26,593 nucleotides of DNA from a virus (Duplodnaviria; Caudoviricetes). This document shows, piece after piece, positions 21,501-26,593 of the stretch (positions are counted from its first letter, which is position 1; each line of letters starts with the position of its first letter). The stretch covers positions 1-26,593 of IMG/VR virus record IMGVR_UViG_3300020733_000063; one strand, 5' to 3'. A program made the translations under genes and the position numbers. A model generated the notes under the pieces. That model ran no database searches. It was not told the origin of the DNA and saw nothing but the letters and a program-made list of their open reading frames with translations.

Positions 21501-23895
21501 CCAGATGATGTACGCACTTTGGAAGCGTTCACAAACACAGGCTTCAGAGGCATCTCTTCTTGATAACGCTCCTCAGGAAGCACATGATGCTTGGGAGGCT
21601 GTTAAAGCTCATGGATGGCGTCCAGCTCTAGGTACCGGCATCGGTCATGCCTATGAGAAGTCGATCATTCCTCCACACGTTGTCGAAGACAACAACAACG
21701 CTATCCGTAATGCAGCCCGTGGCTTAGGCCTAGGCATGGATGCTATCAAGGACACTAACGTCTTTGAAGTACGCCGTGCTCAACGCGCAGCGGCTATCGA
21801 TGAATGGCTTTTGAAGACAGGAACAAAGCTACCGTTCAATATGAACGGACGCGATGTACTGAACCTGCTCTCACAAGGTGCGGCTAAAGAAGGTGCAAAG
21901 CTAGGTAAAGTAGGTCACATCTTCCAAGATGCGATGACCATTCCTAAGCGTGCACTCAGCGTTGTTTACAACCGCGCTACACCTATGACCGACAAGATAT
22001 TTAATGAAGATCCTGCCAATGCAGAGCTTCTCGCTTCTGGCGATGAAACTGCGATTGAGACAGCTCGTGCAGAACAGCGCACTAAGGCTCAGCTTGCTAA
22101 AAGCGCTGAGACTACTGTCAACAATCTCAGCACTGCGAGCATGCGTAAGATCCTCATGCAGCCTATCAACCCAGATAGCAAGCTTGGATACGAAATTCCT
22201 TTGATGGATCGTGCTACAGCTAACGCGGTTATCACCCATATCCTTGCATCTGATGCAAAGATGAAGGCTACTTACGTAGGCTTAGGTAAAGTTGAAGATG
22301 TACTTCGTGCTTCTACCGCTGGTATTGCCAAGGGTGCTATGTCATTCATGGGTAAGACAGCGCTACCTGCTGGAGAATCTTCAGCTCGTTGGGGTCTTTT
22401 TGATGCCACAGCTGGTCTAGGACAGAACATGATCGCTCTACGCGATAAGTTCCGCTTTGATCTGAATCCACTATTTGGTATTCGTCGTATGGTTAAGACT
22501 AACCTTAAGGCTGCCTTAGAAGGCATCCCTGCGACTGCTAACCCTTACCTATCTTTGATGCGTACAGGTCGCTTGCAGGATGCATTTGATCTTACCAAGC
22601 GCTTGATCCCAGAGGAATTTGGTAGCAAGATGTCTGGCGCTAGTGAGCTTGACGGCACATTGGCTAAAAGCGACATTTTCAACTTCTACAATCCTTTGCA
22701 CAGCATGATGTGGCAAGCCCAACATCTCAAAGAGATGGGTCTTAGCGACGAAGAGATTGCTGGCAAGCTTGAGAAAATCAACGGCTACGGAGATCGTACC
22801 GCCTTTGAGAAGAGCATCGCTACAGTCTTTTATCCATTCTCATTTAACAAGACTCTCTACCGCAACATCGGTGGTTACATCCTAGATAACACAGGTAAAG
22901 CAGCAATCCTTAATCAGGCTTTACAGGTATATCAGCATGGCGTCAAGATTGATGGGCATGAATTTGCCTTCAATAAGAACAACGCTATCGGTAACTGGCT
23001 AGATAAGAACTTTGCTTTGATTACAGAGCTTAAGCAACTGAACGCCCTTGACCATGGAATTGGTCTAGGACAGTTTGGTGGTATTAACTCTCAGTACATC
23101 AACACCATCTTGAACATGTTCGCGCCGCAGGCTATTACCTCTGATAACGCTTCACAGGCTACCAAGCTCCTTAAGGGCTTGATTCCAGCATGGTCAGAGT
23201 TGAACGCTTTGCTTGTGGGTTACAACCCAGAGACTGGTCAGAACGTATGGGGTCAGGGAACTTTGCCAGAAACGGCACAAGCCGGATGGCTTAAGATCCT
23301 TAACGAAGCACAGCATTTCGCCAACTTTGTTAACTCTGACATCTTCAAGAATCCTCCTCGTCGTGCTATTAACTACTCAAACACGACTAGCGATCTAGGA
23401 CAAGTTCAGCAAGGTCTTGACTTTGTCACCTTGGCTAAGTCTTACTTGGCTCCGGCTATTAGCCGTAAGTTGACATGGGCTCAAGCACTTCCAGCTGGAA
23501 CCTACATTCCACGTACAATCGAAAACCTTAAAATCAATGCTTCAAGTATTGAGAAGTACGCTGGTTTGCTTTATCCAGCTTATGAAGCTGGCGGAAGCAC
23601 AGCTGCTTATGAACTAAAGAATGATGCTCTTACCAAGACAATGAACCGCTTGGATCAGTCTAACGACTGGAACTATGCCAACTATCAATCATTCTTTGAT
23701 CAAGCAACCGTAGTCCTAAATAAGATCAATACAACCAAGGACATCAACACAGTGGCTGCTGATACTCAGAAGATGCGTGATAAGGCAGTGGCGATTGCCA
23801 TGGGAACGCCTACATCTAAAGCCGATCCGCGTTTCTTGGGCTTCTACAAGAAGTTCTATCAATCTACTTTTGGACCTATTGAGGAAGTGAAGTAA
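18517..23895 (+). CDS. Large (1792 aa) putative internal virion/DNA-ejection protein
   Basis: Uninterrupted Ala/Gly-rich helical ORF in the structural arm; possible degenerate PG-binding and ART-like segments. Confidence 0.7.
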   Translation: MSDVTPLPPVSPSGNPSADLVGDRINTLAALGHTQWMDPILAAHVASPAGGSTQNMATNADTMKLAMMTKPLEGSTFLSDPLLHAVETPIQKALSWAHNQYSHPPVVTSNINDVQASMQLKGYGIDPNTGQPLVKGNWTSSWTNELRRLANDQFNVPGFGNVSAMKIISPLLGEASLAKVAPQIVGWVENLGRAGRQIMADQAGSIMNDFGVGHGSSPDENQAANVARIENDLGGNTTTEQVMQQGMTRRSIADIGNMFQFASVIDGALGVSGVVKNVAGGMIKGSVPEDANVAQKVAALVKKTATEPQSMITRSLPEEFAATPRFGFVKWLYNAAPDAPKGAEGSGVLNLLNGVPGARNLLPLIAKLPTEGSKYAVLKNTIASLSRIPARQVTNALASQGFSTGIKSLAISEAEDKLSGGTPATYDLAHQAPYSGMLGQALNAISMSAGGHFMGNAGSVHAGNFIEGALTPLKDSLATAGVGDAFKQATGLSVKDMTEAFGQTEATNIYNEYLNKGAAYHYAETRLAQDVKDGKFEAGTDDYFKAGQKYAEDAYSEPHIANFARNSFIGQSNDMITHFMKENFDYLDKKATGEVLPEFKTGKAGKEKWIAARQKIAALRPDLETLLKEENKKFVFGSSAVTKAEDLRSERLAADMNKNPTFDNTANTKALYHLNDKVDDHAPETWMLSENGPYGSGIKATDDTNWVGRSKKNTYNLTHVSPSGAPAKILDLNKRGESNAIADAIKEVIGSNMGRSGDINKALDELGVMEPGDTPNTLRYLEKGAIPGKVAKGYEQLRKALKDDFNYTGQEVLDAYRTALTAAGKLNKQQVDQRIAAVTRDAMSKTESSGFKYMNKDGKTLHVIKPEAATAVKVRVDPALAKDSFMPSTIFHNNVVGRGQLGFVGPEYQTQQDIQNAVRKMASKYSKLGHDQEVANMFSTIEMEARNNVAPEVAPHALQPMPIGGKEHEIWKQGQALAEKLGMSPKTVSLLEDPIQMMYALWKRSQTQASEASLLDNAPQEAHDAWEAVKAHGWRPALGTGIGHAYEKSIIPPHVVEDNNNAIRNAARGLGLGMDAIKDTNVFEVRRAQRAAAIDEWLLKTGTKLPFNMNGRDVLNLLSQGAAKEGAKLGKVGHIFQDAMTIPKRALSVVYNRATPMTDKIFNEDPANAELLASGDETAIETARAEQRTKAQLAKSAETTVNNLSTASMRKILMQPINPDSKLGYEIPLMDRATANAVITHILASDAKMKATYVGLGKVEDVLRASTAGIAKGAMSFMGKTALPAGESSARWGLFDATAGLGQNMIALRDKFRFDLNPLFGIRRMVKTNLKAALEGIPATANPYLSLMRTGRLQDAFDLTKRLIPEEFGSKMSGASELDGTLAKSDIFNFYNPLHSMMWQAQHLKEMGLSDEEIAGKLEKINGYGDRTAFEKSIATVFYPFSFNKTLYRNIGGYILDNTGKAAILNQALQVYQHGVKIDGHEFAFNKNNAIGNWLDKNFALITELKQLNALDHGIGLGQFGGINSQYINTILNMFAPQAITSDNASQATKLLKGLIPAWSELNALLVGYNPETGQNVWGQGTLPETAQAGWLKILNEAQHFANFVNSDIFKNPPRRAINYSNTTSDLGQVQQGLDFVTLAKSYLAPAISRKLTWAQALPAGTYIPRTIENLKINASSIEKYAGLLYPAYEAGGSTAAYELKNDALTKTMNRLDQSNDWNYANYQSFFDQATVVLNKINTTKDINTVAADTQKMRDKAVAIAMGTPTSKADPRFLGFYKKFYQSTFGPIEEVK

Positions 23896-24863
23896 TGGCT
23901 AAAACATTTGCTCGTAGTTCAGCTACTACAGATACCAAAGCTGCTGGAGCGTTAGGTATTGGTCCCGGTACTATGGGTGGCAGTAGCCAAACCACTACCA
24001 CAGGAAACACCCAGACAACTACAACAGGCACTGCTCCTGCAGGTCTTGCTGCAGATACTGGTGGTGTTATCACCACAGGTACAACGACTTCAGCTACCAA
24101 TGCTTGGAAGACAGCTCAATACCCAACCAAGATGCCTAACGGCAAGACAATGGTTGGATCAGATGGTAAGCCTTTGCCATCTACAGTTGACGGTCTTACC
24201 TACATGGCTTCTTTATTCTTGTCAGCTAACCAGAACATGGCTGATACTCTGCGTACGAACGCAGCAGCTGGCGGTTACTACGATGCTGCTGGCATTAAGA
24301 ACTACCAACTCAAGCTAGGTTCTAAGTTCACTACAGCCGATGCAACAGCCCTTCAAGGTGCTATGCAACAGGCTAGCAACCCTACATCTGGTCTTAGCCA
24401 AGGTGCTCCTGTAGACATTAGAGCATTTATGGGACAGCAAGATTCCATTGCTTCTAGCCCTTACTTCGCTAACAGCACTTACAGCCGTATCAGCCGTGAC
24501 CAACCTAACGTCGTGGCTAGCAATAACGTGGTTAACGATCTATTCCTTCAGTTCATGGGACGCAAGGCTAGTGATCAAGAACTGGCTGCCTATGGCAACG
24601 CATACCTCAAGTATGCCGCTGCTAACCCAACCATGAATGAGACAGGTTCTACCAGCTATACCCCGGCTACTAACCCAACTAGCGGAACAGTATCCCGTGT
24701 TAAGTCTGGTCAGACCTACAACTCAACAAGCAATGACCTTACTGAGAACCAATTCGTAGAGAATTCGATTCGCCAATCAGGTGAATACAACGCCTACACC
24801 GCAGCTGGTACTGCATTCGACATGATGCAGAAGCTAGCCACATCTAATATGGCAGGAGTATAA
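23895..24863 (+). CDS. Putative virion protein (Thr/Ala-rich)
   Basis: TAATG-coupled; FMGRKASDQEL motif. Confidence 0.7.
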   Translation: MAKTFARSSATTDTKAAGALGIGPGTMGGSSQTTTTGNTQTTTTGTAPAGLAADTGGVITTGTTTSATNAWKTAQYPTKMPNGKTMVGSDGKPLPSTVDGLTYMASLFLSANQNMADTLRTNAAAGGYYDAAGIKNYQLKLGSKFTTADATALQGAMQQASNPTSGLSQGAPVDIRAFMGQQDSIASSPYFANSTYSRISRDQPNVVASNNVVNDLFLQFMGRKASDQELAAYGNAYLKYAAANPTMNETGSTSYTPATNPTSGTVSRVKSGQTYNSTSNDLTENQFVENSIRQSGEYNAYTAAGTAFDMMQKLATSNMAGV

Positions 24864-25903
24864 TGGTTGACAAGAATAAAAAACCAGTAAGCACTTCTGC
24901 TTCAACATCTGCAGAAAATGTAGTAGGCGGTTTACTTCAAGGCATCAACGCTACTCAAAATATCTTATCCAACCAGTATTCTGGAGCTTATTCTTTCTGG
25001 CATCAAGACGATGTAAAAGACCCTAACACTGGCAAGAAGTATTCTCCTAAAGGATCTCTTGGCTGGGTACTTCAGACAGCCATTGACAAGGGCTACCTTC
25101 AGGCTTCTGATCCGACCAACTTTGACAACCTGTTCAAGTCTAGCGACTGGTACAAAGCCAATGGTGGTCAAGGACTTCTAGCCGCTGAAGCCCAGTTTAC
25201 AAACCCTGCTAACTATCAAGCTGCCTTTGAAATCCGCAAGCAAGCCATTCAAGCAGAGGCTATCAAGCTAGGTTATACCCTTCCTGATGACAAGAATCTT
25301 AATGATCTTGTCACTGGTTCGATGTACCAAGCCTTTGATGCAAGCGTCTATGGATCATCTGATTACCAGACCAAGCTCCAGTCTAAGATCACTCAGACTG
25401 CAGTTAACTCCAAGATCCCTATTACTGCTGGTGCTGTCATCACCACTGAGCAAAGCCTTCGTAGCTATGCTCAAGATATGGGTGTCAATGTAGGCGATGA
25501 TTATGTTACTTCGGCTGCCAATGCGGTCAATGATCCTAGCTCTGGTGCAACCATTGAGACTTATCAGCAACATCTTCGTGATATGGCTAAAAGCCAATAC
25601 TCAGGATTCGCTGGGCTGATCGACAAAGGCATGACCATGAAGCAGATCGCTGATCCTTATGTTCAGCAAATGGGCAGCATCCTTGAATTAGATCCTGCAT
25701 CTATTGATTTCTCAAAAAATCCAACAATTCAAAAAGCCTTAGGTACGACTATCGGACCAGACGGTACTGCGACTCCCACATCTATGTGGCAGTTCCAGCA
25801 GAACCTTCGTTCTGATCCTCGTTGGCAGTACACGAACAATGCCCGTGACACAGTTACTGGTATCGCACATGGCATTCTTAAAGACTTTGGAGTGGCAACC
25901 TGA
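24863..25903 (+). CDS. Putative virion protein
   Basis: TAATG-coupled; SDWYK, IADPYVQQM...LELDP, LRSDPRWQYTNNA, ILKDFG. Confidence 0.75.
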   Translation: MVDKNKKPVSTSASTSAENVVGGLLQGINATQNILSNQYSGAYSFWHQDDVKDPNTGKKYSPKGSLGWVLQTAIDKGYLQASDPTNFDNLFKSSDWYKANGGQGLLAAEAQFTNPANYQAAFEIRKQAIQAEAIKLGYTLPDDKNLNDLVTGSMYQAFDASVYGSSDYQTKLQSKITQTAVNSKIPITAGAVITTEQSLRSYAQDMGVNVGDDYVTSAANAVNDPSSGATIETYQQHLRDMAKSQYSGFAGLIDKGMTMKQIADPYVQQMGSILELDPASIDFSKNPTIQKALGTTIGPDGTATPTSMWQFQQNLRSDPRWQYTNNARDTVTGIAHGILKDFGVAT

Positions 25904-26593
25904 TGGCAACACAATCAGCTGCTTTACAAGCAGCATTTGCTAAAGAAGCAGCAGCCAAAGTTAAAGCAGCAGCGTCAGCTGCTAAAGCGGCTGCATCTAA
26001 AGCCATTGTTCAAGCTGACATTGCAGCAGGGCTTAACCCTTTTACAACGATTACCAGCTCAAGTGGAGTCAAAAGCCAAGTAGTTCCTGTTAATACAGGT
26101 GGCGGTTCTTCTGCTCCTGCAGGTGGCAAGACAGTGGTTGGCAGTAGCACATCGGTTAACGCTCAAGGACAAGATGTAACCACCATTACATACTCAAACG
26201 GTACGACTAACGTCACTACTTCTTCAGGCTTAGATGCTGGTGTGCAGACACAGCGTCAAAGTGTCTACGACACGGTTAACGCTCTTTTCACTTCTTACGG
26301 TATCTACAAAACAGATCCTGTGACTGGTCAGCTTGATTCATCATCAGCTGCCCTGCAAAATATCATTAAGAACGATGCCATGGGTGGCATGAGTTCCGAT
26401 GCTATCAGCCTTGATCTTCAGACCAGCCAAGCGTACATGACTCGTTTCTCAGGAAACACTCAGCGTCTTAAAGCTGGACTTAACGTTTTGTCTCCTGCTG
26501 ATTATCTCGATTACGAAAACCAGATCACAGGTATGATGAAGGATGCTGGACTTCCACCTCAGTACTACACACAAGCTGCTATCGGCAACCTTA
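25903..26593 (+). CDS. Putative virion protein (3' truncated)
   Basis: Not in the ORF track; TGATG-coupled ATG at 25903; open to the window end: MATQSAALQAAFAKEAAAK...YMTRFSGNTQRLKAGLNVLSPADYLDYE. Confidence 0.8.
   Translation, partial: MATQSAALQAAFAKEAAAKVKAAASAAKAAASKAIVQADIAAGLNPFTTITSSSGVKSQVVPVNTGGGSSAPAGGKTVVGSSTSVNAQGQDVTTITYSNGTTNVTTSSGLDAGVQTQRQSVYDTVNALFTSYGIYKTDPVTGQLDSSSAALQNIIKNDAMGGMSSDAISLDLQTSQAYMTRFSGNTQRLKAGLNVLSPADYLDYENQITGMMKDAGLPPQYYTQAAIGNL

Larger units (their letters stand above)
1..26593. mobile_element. Tailed dsDNA phage genome segment, probably an actinobacteriophage
   Basis: Terminase, portal, phage replication genes and WhiB; dense ATGA/TAATG-coupled genes; two divergent arms. 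No host housekeeping genes or integrase seen. Confidence 0.95.

Noticed and set aside
18517-23895. Virion RNA polymerase or tape measure protein
   Set aside because: No DxDGD or T7-type polymerase motifs and no periodic Trp/Phe tape-measure repeats seen by eye; no tail chaperone genes upstream.
1-26593. Stop-codon reassignment as the cause of the split genes
   Set aside because: Long genes are intact in the standard code, TAA, TGA and TAG all end coupled or closely spaced genes, and the splits involve frame changes.

Overview
The window is part of a tailed dsDNA phage (Caudoviricetes) genome. WhiB, an SLT-like transglycosylase and the replication gene set point to an actinobacterial host, and the layout resembles freshwater actinophages (inference). 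There are two divergent arms. The minus-strand arm (1-12190) starts with tiny, translationally coupled, Cys-rich or acidic early genes. A replication/recombination module follows: split Cas4/RecB-like exonuclease, short DnaB helicase, Holliday junction resolvase, split primase, dNMP kinase, metallophosphoesterase, sigma-like factor, glycosyltransferase, FmdB-type zinc ribbon and WhiB. A ~780 bp non-coding switch region (12191-12970) holds promoters, phased repeats and hairpins. The plus-strand arm encodes a terminase with an N-terminal HTH extension, portal, an HslV/proteasome-like Thr protease and large probable virion/ejection proteins; no capsid gene is recognisable. The most interesting signals are: (1) a ~42-nt promoter-hairpin-U-tract unit (8120-8177) whose loop is complementary to the extended AGGAGAGA Shine-Dalgarno used by the leftward genes, a candidate phage anti-SD sRNA or cis switch; (2) an Fe-S exonuclease split in two by an unrelated inserted gene; (3) a tRNA top-half mimic inside the early mRNA. 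All calls come from motif recognition by eye; no searches were run.
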